In this document: piece after piece, positions 46,431 through 60,286 of the stretch | How the letters are laid out: each line of letters starts with the position of its first letter | Numbering within the stretch: position 1 is the stretch's first letter | Assembly (NCBI GenBank): GCA_973895155.1 | Contig: OZ316891.1 | Location: 29,437,611 to 29,501,610, forward strand | Source: Marsupella aquatica | Lineage: Eukaryota; Plantae; Marchantiophyta | DNA length: 64,000 nt | Direction of reading: 5' to 3' | Translations under genes and position numbers: made by a program | Notes under the pieces: model-generated | What the model was told of the DNA's origin: nothing | The model's database searches: none | What the model saw: the letters and a program-made list of their open reading frames with translations, nothing else

Positions 46431-47129
46431 AAATTGAAAATAAGTTAGAATGGAATAGAATAAATTGGGTGTCTCAAACGAGCTGTCCCTGATCAAAATG
46501 CTTTGGGGCAGGGTCAGACCAAAAGTTTGCGGTCCCCACATGACAAGACTATCAAAATGTCAGGCGATGAGTACACTGGCTTCAGCACAAAAAATATCTC
46601 TCTGCAATGTATGTGGACTCCCTTCAAGAATTATTTAGTGCCCAATTGACCTGCAACTCTGCAAAAGTTGAAACTTGTCTCAAACCAAAAACCCCATGGA
46701 TTAAGTTTACCCCGAAAGTTGGGTTCCGGTCAGGGTTGTGGATGTAAGTTTCTCACAGCTGCTAACTAAAGACAAAAAACCAGCAGGTTTAAGAGGCCCT
46801 ATTATGGGGACGAAGCATATGGTGTGCACTTATTGTGGGTTCACATTACATGCTAAATGCAATGGCATGGGATTGTACATTTATCGATAAGAGCACTTAT
46901 GGTATGGCTGGTTTGCACTATGTGATAAATGCAATGATATGGAATTGTACTCTTATCAATAAGAGCACTTATTGTGGGCTCTGGGGTCTCATTTCCATGA
47001 AAATAGTACATCATGTGCAACTTAGGACAAGGTCTTGTGGACGTCTTCCTGGACCTCCAAACTTCTAAGTGACCTTGTTGAACATGGCTGGCTGATTGGA
47101 CAGACGCAAAACTTGAGAATTTCATCTTT

Positions 47130-47265
47130 AGGATGGACACCATAACACAGTGCCTTCCATAAGTTGTTGTTGTCGTCAAACAAACTGCATATGACAACTG
47201 CAACGACACTAGATGCATCAGGTATCTCAAAAAACATTTGCTAGTTGTCATTAGATGTAGGATCC
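47130..47265 (-). pseudogene. Possible F-box-like gene fragment
   Basis: With one frameshift it reads roughly ...LRYL/DASSVVAVVICSLFDDNNNLWKALC, resembling the DxxLWxxLC end of an F-box. Weak. Confidence 0.25.
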
Positions 47266-47829
47266 CCAAACTACTCTGAATCTAATCATATCCCCCAGTG
47301 ACAATGAGATTTGTTCTGCAATTTCCAGATCTTATAAAATAGCCGATAGGATCGCCTCGCATGGGGACACTCTAATATCTCGTCGAATATATTGAGAGGC
47401 AGCATTTTGGTCAACCATCTATAGTACTATAGTTAGGATTATGGGGACTCTAGGGCTCTATGGGGAACAGGGTTTCTGCCATACCCATCATGTAATGACC
47501 CAAAGAGAAGGGGAAAAAAAGGCATTGTATAAAAGTGTATGCCCCTTGTGTATGAATGTGGGACTTGTTCAAGTGAGGGTGTTAAGTTGTAATGATGATT
47601 AAATTGATATAATTCAAATGAATTTCACGCCTTGATGAGAAAGCCTATGCTCCTATGACAAAAAAGACATTTTAATTCAAACAGAACGTCTATTTAACAT
47701 GATGCACAGGCGTTGTGTTTGAGTTGGATGTTGTGTTGGAGTTTTGACCCTAAAGTATTATACTTGAGCACAAAATGTACCAATTCATGAATCAAATTAC
47801 AACGCCAATATTCAAACACAAAGGCAACA

Positions 47830-48480
47830 TTTTAACACAATGCCCTGCAAGATACAAACAATGAAAACAGGTTGTCAAAATTCAAATACAACACCTTGGG
47901 CATTAATTTGGTGCACGTATGACTTTTTCCCACTAAATCAAATTGGAAGGTCACTTCTCGTTCTAAAAATACATTCCAGATGATTGATTCCAGATCAGAA
48001 TCTTTCGAAACAAACTTCAGTAAAATGCAAATCCATGGAATAAAGGAGCCAAAGTTTGGAAATGTTGTGACCACTATCATTCCACTATCTGTGGAAGTGG
48101 TCCAAATTTCTAGACAACATAAGCTCCATAGTAAGGGAGTGCTTATTTTAATTATTGCCATATACCATACTTACCTAGATATTCCCCCCAAGTTCCTGTA
48201 GAGCCAACAGAGCCGTTTCCACCCATTATAGTATTATACTGACCAGATTTTAGCTCCAAGAGGACAATGGATCCAGACATCTTGTAAAGCCACCCTCGAC
48301 TTCAATATGATTGTGTTTATAGAATCCTATCAAAAATGGGAGAGACAAATGAACCTAATCCAATCAATAGGCGGGTCAAACAATCAACAGGATGAGGGAT
48401 TGAGACATTCCTGAAGCAATTGACCTTCTTGCTCCATAAAATCTCTAATCAGGGGACACCTCTGTCACTTAGTTGAAAAA
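47830..48480 (-). mobile_element. Degenerate L1-type LINE ORF2 C-terminal remnant
   Basis: Fragments WIHCPLGAKIWS (like zf-RVT H..C....W) and IIWNVFLERE (like W.IW..RN), with stops and frameshifts. Confidence 0.35.
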
Positions 48481-48660
48481 CAAAGGATTTCCTGTTGTTG
48501 TACCCCTCAAAGATATTTGTCAAGTTACAAATCATGCAGGCTGACAAAAATGTCCCAACTTTCAAAGTTTTGGGGGAGCACAAAGTACAGCTAGCCAATA
48601 GTCCAATTGAGTATACTTTTCATTCTCAACCTAAGATATGCATCAATGCATGTACAGATT

Positions 48661-48833
48661 GCTTGATTAAGAAGCCAATGAGAGATATCTCAAGCTCATC
48701 TATCATCTAGCTCACTAAAATGTTACCCAATATCAATGGAGCCAATTGCTTGATTAAGAAGCCAATGAGAGATATCTCAAGCTCATCTATGATCTAGCTC
48801 ACCAAAATGTTACCCAATATCAATGGAGCCAAT
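48661..48833. repeat. 87-bp tandem duplication
   Basis: gcttgattaagaagccaatgagag...caatggagccaat starts at both 48661 and 48748. Confidence 0.95.
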
Positions 48834-49314
48834 GCCCCGGCTAATCCAACATCTATGATGCTTTGGGGGATTTTAGGAGTTGGAGCTAATAAATTTGTGG
48901 GTGATGTGTGTTATGTCAAGGGTGATTTGGTCTGTGCGACCCTTTTGCATCCTCAATTTTAAGTCCGAACAAACCAGAAGAGAGGATGCTCTTGATTGGA
49001 ACCGTTATTTAAGAATTATTTTCATTGATTTTTCTATATAATGTACCTTCAATAAATTTGCCTACATTGCTAAATGGCGAACCTCTATTTCAGTCTACCA
49101 AGTTGATTTTATTTAGTCATAATTTTAATTTTGATTGTAGCCTATGAAGGCTGTTTTCTTAATATTCCATCCAATCATTTTGAATTTAGTTTAAACACCC
49201 CTAAATCTTAGTCATTCTTCCAATTTTGATTCTAATTGAGTCCTCAGTTATGTTTTTCTTTGTTTCTTTCTCTCCCTGCCCTCCATAAATTTCCTTGTCA
49301 TCTTAGGGGAAAGA

Positions 49315-49385
49315 GCTAGCGGCAGGCTTCGAACCCCCACCCTGCAAGTCCTAAATAATGAAATGTACCCACCACTACACTACAC
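49315..49385 (-). mobile_element. tRNA-derived SINE-like head (Pol III A and B boxes)
   Basis: On the minus strand: A box TAGTGTAGTGG (49382-49372) and B box GGTTCGAAGCC (49335-49325) at tRNA-like spacing. No complete cloverleaf. Confidence 0.5.
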
Positions 49386-50749
49386 ATTGATTCTGTCATA
49401 TTCATACCTGTCATTATATTTATTTAAGACCTTTGTGGCGCACACCCATAGTTCGCATCTGCATGTCTTGCGCATGTCCAAGACTTGCTGCACCTGCATT
49501 TATTCATAATGAAGTTGTTTTAATTATTTTTCTTGAATTGTCACTTTAACAAATTTAAATAAGATACCATAACATGATTATATATATTTTTTGAATAAGT
49601 TAAGATAGGAAGGTATTAGAACGAGGTAGCTATAATAGAAGTGAGAACGTGTGAGCAACTGGATGGAATTCGCCCCTGGGCCCTTAGCTTACGTAATCCC
49701 GGAAACATGTGCGCCCGCTTGAAGGGTATTTTTTATCCAAATCCGGGTAATAATTATATTTCAATTCTAAGAACCCAACCCGCAACTTTATACAAAGTTG
49801 GGTTTATAAGAAATAAGGGTATTTCCAAAAGGGTGGCATATTAATATGGCCAAAGGGATCCTATAATATATGTGACACGTGTCATTGTATAAGTGGTCCA
49901 TGTGTCAAGGTCTCATTGGAACACTTGGCAATGTCTTATATTTCCAATTCTATGGGTGTGCCTATCCTAAGGTACAATAATTTTGGGGGTTAGGAGGGGG
50001 GTAAGTTTGGTATGTTGGTTCGTATGTTCACCCAAGAATGGATCGGGGCAAACCTCATTCAAAATCTCAAACGCGAGCCCCGACTCGAGCATTGAAAGGG
50101 TTTAGGGGGGGTTAGGCCCATTTAGGGTTTTGTCCTTTGTCTCTTGGCCGCGTTCATTCCTGTCCTTGATGCCGGCTTCATTCCCGCCTTTGGTGTTGAC
50201 AGTTTTTCCATGTTCGGGCGTGAACGGTGTGCGCTCTCTATGCCCGGCCTCCATTGAACCTCTTTGCCATAGCTGCTACCCCCGGCCATTGTTACCCCCG
50301 TTGCTGCCGTGTTGAAGGTCGTTGAAGCTCCTTGTTCGCCAAAGCTCAAGGCGAGCCCGAACGCTCATTCCGTGTTCTTCCCGAGGTTCTTCTTGCTGCT
50401 ATCGTGCACTTCTGTAAGCTTTCGTTCTCTTTGTTGCACCTCTTCTTGCATCCTGGTTTCTTTGTTCTTGCATCCCTAGCTGCCTGTTCCTTTTTGTTGC
50501 GCTTTCTTATTCCCAGATATCTTGCATCCATTTATTTTCCAAGGAGAAAGCTTAGCTAGTGTAAGCATGGCGGAATGTCCCGCGCAATGATTGTGTACTC
50601 TGTGGCTCAGTGGGCTCTTCAAGGTTAAGCTCCCGGCTGCGCTGCCTCTCACTCCTGCTCTCATTCTGATAAACTTAGAAGTTGATACTTGCATAGCTTG
50701 GATTGAGAAGGTTTGGAGGCAATCTTTGATCTGTTTTGGGATATATGTT

Positions 50750-53700
50750 TGGAAACTTGCAGATGTGCGTTGGCTCGTGCACTGGAGCTTGATTTTCTTA
50801 GGTCAAGAGCGCCATCTTGGTCCCAACATTTTGCAGACTGAGCGGGGATCTAGGACCGGAGTTGAAGCAAGAGCGACAGCAAACCTAGTAGTCAAAGAAG
50901 AGCGGATTGGTTGAAGCAAGTTTAAGCAAGCCCAGAGCCAAGACGATTACCGCACACGGTAAGATCCTTATTGCACTTTCCGATCTTGGACCAGAGCCTT
51001 ACCTTCAAGAGCATTTCATTTCCGCCAGCAGTCCCTCAGAAGTGTCTTGGCTTATTGGACACCCGGTTGGACAGTTATGAAATGTCTGTTCATTGCAGGC
51101 CGCGCCCCCAAACATTTGCCCTTGGTTGACCCTTGGGCCACCTGTTCTGTCATTGGCATCAAACCAAGGACGAGGATCTCGAGTAAGAGTCCTGCCAAGG
51201 AAAGGTATCTATAGTTATCTCCACCTATACCTACACAATTGTCTTAGGCTATTGCATTTGAGATATGGCCCCCGATATGGCCTCGGATGCCTTGGACAAT
51301 GGTTGACAACTTAGTGGAATTTCATGCAGGGAGGCCGCAGGGAGTTCAAAGACCTTGCATACTTTGAAAGTTGTCAGTTGCTGTATGGGTGGCGCTTCAG
51401 ATTAATTGGCACCACCATCAATTTGAGGTCGAGCCTGTGTGCAAGTAAGTCACCGATTATTGCTTTAGGGAAAATATACCTGACAGGTTTAGGTTCTCTC
51501 ATTTTCATCACTTTGTTTGTTGCTGAAATGAGTGCATGTCGTCGGAGCTTGTCAATGCCTTGAATGCATACCTGCAGGTTTGCATTTCTTGTTAATTAAA
51601 GTCAATCCTTACCTTACATTCCAAATGTAATTCCTTTGCAGGGGAAGCTCTTTCATTGAAGTCGTGCAGTCTTCATTCTGTGGGGTTGGTGAGACGGTGG
51701 TTGGTAGAAATGGTAACTACTCGGAGCCATTCTGTAGGTCTTCTATACGAGAAGGCAGTCAGGTTGCGCATTAAGCTGCAAGACTTAGGCATGATTAGAG
51801 GGAAAGACCCTCTTGCAATTTATTTTGGCTCTGACCGTCCAAATTTGCTCACACAACGCTCAGCCTGGGCAGATTTTCTGGAGCCGACTTCTATTGTTTT
51901 AGCGTGTACTAGGGATGGCGCCGAGTACACTGTTTTTGCAGGTTGTATCCATCCTTTGGACAAGAGGTGTCCAGCATGTGAAGTCCATGAGAATTTTCTT
52001 AGATTGCGCTCTTGGCACGTCTGCCAACTCTGGAACAGTGACCCAATTGTGTTAGGGTTAGTTGAGCGTGTTCCGCCATGGGTGTGTCTAGCCAAGTCAC
52101 TGGCGGAATGTCAATGTGGAAACACAGTAGTTGATTAGGTATATATGTGCAGGTTTTTGTCTAGCAATTGTGGTAGAATTGTGTACTTAGCCTCGTGGAT
52201 AGGCAATTTTGTATGAAGCGTTGTGATTCTTGCACATGCTTTGTTTTGTTTAAACATCTCAGCAACATATAAGTCTGTACGCCGGTCTGTACATGGTAGC
52301 ATCGATGAAAAAGATCTGAGTTTCTCAAATGTAGAAACAACGATGATCAACCCTCATACATTCTATTGAACAAAAGGAAGGGCATCGAATGCATTCCATA
52401 TAGATTTATATGCTTCTGGGCTGACTTGGATAGAAATTTACAATGTGGGTATGATTGTCTTGCAATGGGGACTATCCACAACCATGTGCATTTGAAGAAC
52501 GATGATAACAATATACCACGTGTATACTCAGATTTCTTAACGGCAGGGCTTGTGGTCAGTGTCAAACAGGGGGTGCATAGGTAATTCTGAATTAATTCCG
52601 TTTGTCATTTACGCATTGTTTTTTTGTTTTAGATTTAGGGTTTGTTTGCAGGGCCAATCAAATCAAGGAGACCATTGGGGAAGTGACGCCCCTAGTGGAG
52701 ACTGCTAGGTTTCATTGCCAGCAGTCTAGCGCTCCTTGGAGGAGAGCGCAGGTTGCCTGTGAGGGGGGGGCCTTGGACTTTGCACCCAATGGCATGAGAG
52801 AATAGAGCCAAGTCCATCAGGGTTTGGGTGGTCCGGGATTTTTACTTGGTTCTGCTGGTGTTGTCGAGTCAAGAACAAGTCAATATAGAAGAAAACAAGT
52901 CAATCATAGGCCATGATACGCTCTTGGAGGAGAGAGATTGGAGTGATGGGCCTAGCCCCGACTGCACATGGACCAAGCACATATATGGGACAATCTTATT
53001 GGGACAAGCTATTTTGGGAGAAGCTTTTATGGCCATGTGCAGATCCCATACTTTCTTGTGCTTACGCAGAATCTGGAGTCTTTGCATGCAAAGGGTACGT
53101 CCCTTCCCACCCGAAAGGAGAAAGCTGCAAGGATCTTACCCAAGCCAACCCCACGAGAAATGGCGGGATGGGGCAAGGCCCTTGTGGGATTGGTCCAGTG
53201 GATGTGGTCTCCAGGAGTGTAGTGGTTTGGGTCTGTTTCACTACAATCAATTTATATATTCCTTTCAAGTTTGTTGCGTAAGGAAAAACCATGAATTCAG
53301 ACAAATCAAACCGCTTCACGGACTTCAACTCACATGAGGAATTTTCCTGTTTTGAACTGGCGATGTTGGAGAACCACCAATATGTCCCATGGATAGAGCC
53401 TCATCATTATGGCAGAGGAAACCTCTTGGAAGAGCTAAGGAGGCTTGATTCCAGCCTTGTTATGCGTATCATTGGCATCATTTGTAAGCCATGGGACTTG
53501 AATTTATATCACTTTTTTCTTGATGAAGAGGAGCGGATGATTTACATCCGTTGGGATCGATATTGTAGTTACAGTAGAAGTATTATTTTACTCCTAGCTA
53601 CTCAAGACAGGTGCCGTGAAGAAGATAATTCTTCACTGTTGTCATGTAGTTGATGACAATCTGTTGTTTGAGCCACACTTCTATGCAGCCAATAGACGGG

Positions 53701-54280
53701 CAGCATTTGATGAGATCCAGGAGGTCATTGACGACCTCTTGGATCCTCTTGGCACTGAATTTTTTGTGGACACCGGTGGGAAATTGTATTCCTATCGAAC
53801 AAGGAAAATGCCCCCCCGACCTGTTTGTAGGTTTCTCCTTGTCATTTTTTATTGTGGTCTTTGGACCAGTTTAATGGCAAATGGGGAGGTGTGTATGTGC
53901 TGCACCCATGCCTGTTGTGACATTCCATCACGCAGATATTCGATTGCAGTGGTTCATCCCGTTAGCGTGGAAGTTGAATTTCATTGGCTGTTTACTTATT
54001 CTCATAGGGTGAATCATGTACCCTTGTGGCCTCTTAGAAAGACTGAAAGAAGGTAGCCACACTACGAAGATACTGATTGGGAGAGTGATGGCGAGGACTA
54101 GTAGAAACAAGATAGTTTTTTGCGAATGTAGTCTTAATCAGGGTATGTCAACCTGGGGTCATCCTTCACCAGACAGACATACCCAATGTTTGTCAGTAGT
54201 AAGAGCCATTGTTGGACTGTGCAATCATGGAAATTGTCTATCAGTTTTGTCAATCATGGAAGTCTTTGGAGTATGTTGAT
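50750..54280 (+). pseudogene. Decayed, apparently spliced coding-like segments of unknown identity, probably part of a large transposon
   Basis: Clustered broken ORFs with gcag/gtaag splice-like signals. No family was recognised with confidence. Confidence 0.3.
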
Positions 54281-55518
54281 AATTATATTGGGTACAGACT
54301 TGTTTACAAATCCGTGGTGTATTGTTAGTATATATATATACTTAGGATGATAAGAGGTGGGTGGTGTTGATGGTTTTTTGTATTATGAAATCTTTGCAGG
54401 CCACCCTATGAGTGGTGCTTAGGGAATCAGAGGTGTTAGAGGATGCCGTCAACCCAGATTTTTGAAGTAGACACAGTGTCTGGGGATCGGGTTCCTGTGT
54501 CATCGTATAGTTACAAGGATGGCAAAACATTTGCAAATGCCAGGAAGAAGTTGGGTACACTGTTTGATTATGACATCCAATTTATTGATGTCAGTCTTGT
54601 CTATAGAATGCTAGAGAAATGGGAGAAGGTCAATCGGTTGGAAGATTGTGGCGGAAAGATCATTGTCATCCGCAAGGTCACCGACGGACCTATGAATGAT
54701 CTTGTCCGTAATGGGCCTACAGGGGTGCCACAAGTCCTAGTGAGCAACAATGCCTCTAATGGACCGACCTGGACAGAGAGTCTAGACTGGATTAATTCTC
54801 CCAACACTGCAGAACCTCATATCCAGGTCGGGATCCAGGTAGACCAGGTTTAGCGTGACATGCTAGCCAGGATCCACGTAGAACAGGTAGAACCACATCC
54901 TATTGTGGCACCACTGCAAGAGGCTGACCCCCACATTAGGTTTGAGTTAGAATTAATGACAAAAGAGGTCAAACGAATCTGGTTGTCAAATGTGGAAAAA
55001 TTGAAGAGTCACATGGAGTTCATTAAATGTGGTCACCACAAATGGAGGGCCAGCACATGGGACAAAGACAACCAGGTCCGTGGGCAACTTGAATGTTTAG
55101 AGTGTGACACTTGTTAGGATGGGTGCGCCAAGGGATTGATGGATAGGACTACCATTAGTAATGCCTTCACCAACTACAAGAGCAAGCACTTGCGTTCAGC
55201 AAAGCATGTATCTCGCGTGGCACAGAACAGGGGTGAGCGAGTTGACACTACGAGATTGCCAGGAGGGCTCAAGCAAATACACTGACTGATAGAGCCACAC
55301 TTGAGCAACATTTGAAAATTGTCGAGAAGGCCAATGAGTCACAAAGAGTCTTGGTTGGGCGGGAGACATTTACAGTCATAGGTGATCAGGAGAAGGAGCC
55401 CTTGCAGCTTCTGAAATTCAAAATTCTTTGCAATTTTTGTATAGACACTCTTACATTGGTCCCAAAGCAACGTAATTTGGAATCCAACCTTCAAACCCAT
55501 ATTGACAGTGGTGGTCAT

Positions 55519-58500
55519 TGTAAGTAGTGGGTAATTCCAAAAGTAGGAAGAAACTGAAAATTTTAAATTTTTTTATGGTGTTTAGACTATAATTATTGCT
55601 AACATAGCGGAGATAGCATTCTGTCTACAAGTTACGGGTTCTCAAGTTTAAGTTTGCGAGTAAACTCTGGTTTACAAGTATACGGGTTTACGAGTTAGGA
55701 CTAAGAGTTATGCCTTACGAGTTGGCGACCAGTGACCGTGATGTTTTACGGCTAGTTTTAACAGGACTCCACAACGGAAGAAGAGCGCGACTTGAAAAGA
55801 AGACAATGTAGACTTGGGCGCTCACTCTTGACTAAATTCCTGCCTCCTCCATTGATTCTATCAGCCTCCCTACTTCTTCGCGCACTCGACAGAACAGATT
55901 AGAGCTATGGCGGACCTCGGCACTGATGAGCAGTATTGTGTCAATTCTTTGCCAACTCCTAAGAGTGTAGTAGCTCAAATTCCTCTGGCGCCCAATAGTT
56001 GTGAAATTTTGAGAACATTGTTACGGCAGCTGGGACTTGAGCATCTACTCGCAATTCCTTGGAATGTAGAGCTCGACACGTATTTACATGATTTTGTGAA
56101 AGGGTCGCTGCTTGCTCCTAAATTTCGACAGACCATTCAAGCTCGACCCAGCTTATGGAATGTGGAGAAAATTTCCCAAGCCTTCCGCTGCCCCTTAGAA
56201 GGAGAAGGATTGTATTCGAAGAAGAAGGATTTGTCAACTCCTTACTTCTTAGGGATTCGCAGTATTACTAATGGCTGGAATCTGACACAATGTACTTATC
56301 CGGATCTGAGAATTCTTCTGGAATTTTTAGTACCCATTTTTCATCCGAAAAAGCCAACCATCTATCCTATAGCTTTGGTAAACACTATTGTGGCTGCTCA
56401 CAGTGGAGCCATCCAGGTGAATTGGGCCTTGTTAATTTTCAATGTGATGAAGGATCAGGTGAGAAGTATAAAGGCAAACAGTCCCACTTATCTGCAAGTT
56501 TATCTATCTCAACTCTACCAGGCTCATGACTGTCTACATCCGGAGGAGAGAACCGAAAGAGGGTTACTTTTGATTGAGTTGGACATTGAGGAAGAAATTG
56601 GTGTGGATGCCATTTCCCTGGATCCCCATGATCAGAATGATGATATGGACATAGAAGATGTGTCAGTGGGTGGTCTTGAAGCTTCGCCTGCTCATAACTC
56701 AAGAGAAGTCAGTGCGGGAGATCAACCTGGAGCTGAAGAAGACAAGGATTTCTTTGAGCAACCAACAGACGTTGTTGAACTGGCTTTTGCTGCTGTCAAC
56801 CTAAGGACCAACTCATCCACTCCTTCGAAAGAAGAATTGAATCAGCAACTCATTGATAAGTTGACATCTCTTCTCAATTGCAGTGGTGATGGACTCTATG
56901 ATGCTGTTAATGATTTAAGAATGGAAGCTGTCAGTTTGAAGTCACCATTCCCTGACCAGTTAAGCCCTATCAGGATGACCTCTCCCCCAAGAGAATCAAC
57001 ACCAACAAAATTTGTGACTCTCACCCGTGCTACCCAACAGGTCCCTCTCCTAAAACTAAGTGACCTTGTTCCAGTGACAGAGGGTATCAGTCGTGCAGCT
57101 ATTGTGGATGAATTACTAGAAATGCTTCAGTGTGAACCTCGACAGATAACATCTGCAGTCAACAACTTAGTGCAGCGATGTCCTACTGCTACACTTTCTC
57201 CTAGTCCAAGTTCCACCCTTACAGTCCTGATTCCAACTACGAACCCACAAAAGGACCACCCTACAATCAGTCACAGTATGAGCATCCTTATGTTTGAGAG
57301 GATCTACCTGAAGATTCTGACCCACCCTCTGATTTTAATTCCATTCGATCTTATGCCAACTCTTTAACACCGTCACCAAGCCAAGGGTTTGAAGATGTTG
57401 ACACTGCCTTAAGATCCAATCCAAACTTAGTAGCAGTCGTCACCTCATCTACTCAGACCCCCCGGAATGTTGTCATCGAGAGTAGATACTTGAGACCTCC
57501 AGAGTTCCAAGTACGCAGGTATGTAGAGACCTGTAAGATTATGCAGGCCAACAAACCACCGGTTGGAGAGTTCTGGAGATACTACTATCTCAAGAAAATA
57601 GAGGCCAGCTACATTTTCGACCTCAGGTGTTTTGGGACTTCCAGAGTGGAGATGGCACAATTTGATGAGTTTTGGACCGACTCTCTCTACTTCCGGCCTA
57701 TTCTTGCTATGATGCTACTTCAAGGTGATGTAGAGGTAGAGGATTCAGATTTAGTTTTGGCATACTTTGGAAACTTTGCAGCCTATGCCTTGGATTTTGT
57801 GGTTTCTTTCCTGATGCAGAGCAAGAAGTCTACTGCTCTACAACATGATTACATCCCTTGAGAACCCAAAGTTACCCTTGTTTCAACCAGTTCATTAGCT
57901 GAGAAACAGAGAATTTGGAACAATGTCACTACTCAGACCCTGACCCACTTCAACTGGTACTTCAGAGATGTCAGATGGAGGCTTTGACCTTTCTATTCCA
58001 AGATGATGAATAGTGATGAGTTCCTGTACCATTATCCCCTAGTATATGCTGCTTCTTGCAACAATTATGATGTAATTGGGATGTATAGAGAAGCTCTTCG
58101 TATAGATTCATGTTATTTAATGAAGAGAATGTCTCTGATCTATCCTGAGAGACAACTAAGATGCCTACCTTACTCCCGAGGATCCCCACGCCAAACTGAG
58201 TTGATGGAGGTTACGCAGAATCGGACTGTTACCCTTGTGGAGTTACTAGAACCAGAGGACATCCGACAGCAAGCTTGAAGAAGTCTTCTAAGTGTTTTTA
58301 GTTAGTTTTAGGAGTAGTGCATCTCATCTGATTTTTATAAATGTGTTCTAGAGTTTTGGAAGCTATCATACTTCTTTAGTATATAGACTGTACCTAGGAA
58401 AGCCTGTTGGCAAAACCTCAGAGTTTTCTGACTCATATTTAGGAAGTTAAAAATAGTTGAGTTTGCTAAGTCTTTACTTTACCGCGATTACGAGTTACGA

Positions 58501-59482
58501 GTTAATGAGTTTACGAGTTTACGTCTTTACGACTTTACGTTTTTACGAGTTTACTAGTTTACGAGTTTACACTTAGCCAATTTTCCGACTTTTCACTTAC
58601 TGAATCGTCATTTTAGCTTTTTGAGAGGGTCGAAGAGGCATGTCTCTTCGACCTTATGACCTCTCACTCTGTAGATTTTTACTTTAAGACCCCTCCACCA
58701 CTAGTGTAGTTTATGGTTAAGTTATGCATTTTTGCCTTTTCCTTGTGTTAAACTAGTTGATCATGAATCTATGAGTTCGAGATCAGGTTTAACATTTGGA
58801 GAGACTTACCTCATTCTTGTGTTTTTACCTATGATTATAAACACAGGAAGTAAAATTCCTTTTGTGCAAATCTTTGGATGTTGTGATGATAGATTCCTTT
58901 TTGGTGATTCATTGCAATCTCCTAAGTTCTTAGAGTTAACTCATTGAGTTTATGTTTTAATGAATTTGATGGATTTTCTTTCGTGTTGCTTAGTACCATC
59001 TAAATGTTGAAGTAGCTACCTTTTAGATTTTATGTGAGTACCACTTAGAAAGAAAGGATAAGACATGTTGATGGCATTTGAAAAGGTACTCTAGTAAGCA
59101 ATTTAGATCTGAAAAGCAAACGTGGATTTGAATCCTAAATCTATTCATTTTGACTTATGATTAAGGAGTGACCTTGGTCTATTCCAGACTCCCTTAGCAT
59201 ACTTTAAGATATTTTTCCCTGTGTTTTTGTTAATCATTCCCTTTTCATTAATTTATGTTTACATGATGCTGAGTTATCATTGAAAATTACTCACCGTTGT
59301 GGAGCGATCTTCAAAATACCTTAGTAAAGTAATCAAACTTGATTACTATGTGTGGAAAACATTTTAAGTCTATTATTGTTGTTTAAATCTATCAAACCAA
59401 CCCCATCTTGTCCTTTACGGGAACGAATACCGAGTTTGAAGACCATTTTAAGTGTGTTTTTGGTTCTTCATAGCAAACTACA
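55519..59482 (+). mobile_element. Element A: 3964-bp TG...CA solo-LTR-like insertion with an internal ORF
   Basis: Begins TGTAAG, ends ACTACA. 5-bp TSD gtcat (55514-55518) / atcat (59483-59487). No gag/pol and no internal terminal direct repeat seen. Confidence 0.85.
55907..58278 (+). pseudogene. Element A ORF (~790 codons), plant transposon accessory-protein-like, with a frameshift near 57200 and later stops
   Basis: 486-aa ORF at 55907-57367 continues in the 57490/58003 frame. Its N-terminal domain (PDLRILLEFLVPIFHPKKP...VNWALLIF...YLSQLY) is homologous to the element B ORF. Confidence 0.7.
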
Positions 59483-60286
59483 ATCATGTTACTTATGTGG
59501 CAAGAAGTCAAAAGTCTGCGAGAGGTGATCCTGTACTGTCAGGACGGCCGGGAAGACCCCATATTGTAGATGGGAGGGATGTGAAACAAAGGACAATCAA
59601 CGGGTTTTTGACCCGGAGTTCGAATCCAGGTGCCTTGAGCAGTTCAGATAGAGGTACCATTGAACCCTTTTCATTGCTGTGTTGGGGACTATGGCGTGAT
59701 GTGGTCAAGGTTGGTGGTCAGACTAGGCCAATCAAGGGAATGTTAGATGATCTCTTAAGAAATGGAGCAATGTGGTCCACAGAGCCTGCTGTGAACCAAG
59801 AGGTCTTGTGTGTGGATAGTGGTAAGCTTTGTACCATCATTGGTACATTTTGACATTCTAACTGTAGTAGGGTATCAGATGAAGGGCTTGGCTTTGAAGA
59901 CCTAACATGTGAGAAGTGTTTTAGCATTACCAAGGAGGAGGACTTTCGAGCACGAGTGCGTAGAGAGTTCAAGGCGCCTGAGAAAAGAGGGACAAGAGGG
60001 ACTGGTAAGGGTCGTCGGATAGGTTACTTAACAGTTTATGAGCTGCACATTCAAGCCAGGACATACAAGAAACGGATCTTGACTATGTAGAGAACAGAGA
60101 GAATGCTTTTTCATAAAGTGGTAATGATGAAGTTTCGGGTCCCAAGTATCAGTGAAGTGTGTCTTCACTATCAAGAGCCTAATAAAGTGTTCAAGTTTTG
60201 CCAATCCATAGTTTTGGCACATAAAAATGGTGCATTCGGTGGAAGAGGTGCTCTATGGGATATGTTATCAGACATAGCTTCTAACC

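Noticed and set aside
47418-47440. Additional Helitron starting at A|TCTATAGTACTATAG
   Set aside because: The 5' end is plausible, but no matching hairpin-CTAG 3' end was found.
49315-49385. Functional tRNA gene
   Set aside because: No acceptor or anticodon stems could be formed; kept only as a SINE-like head.
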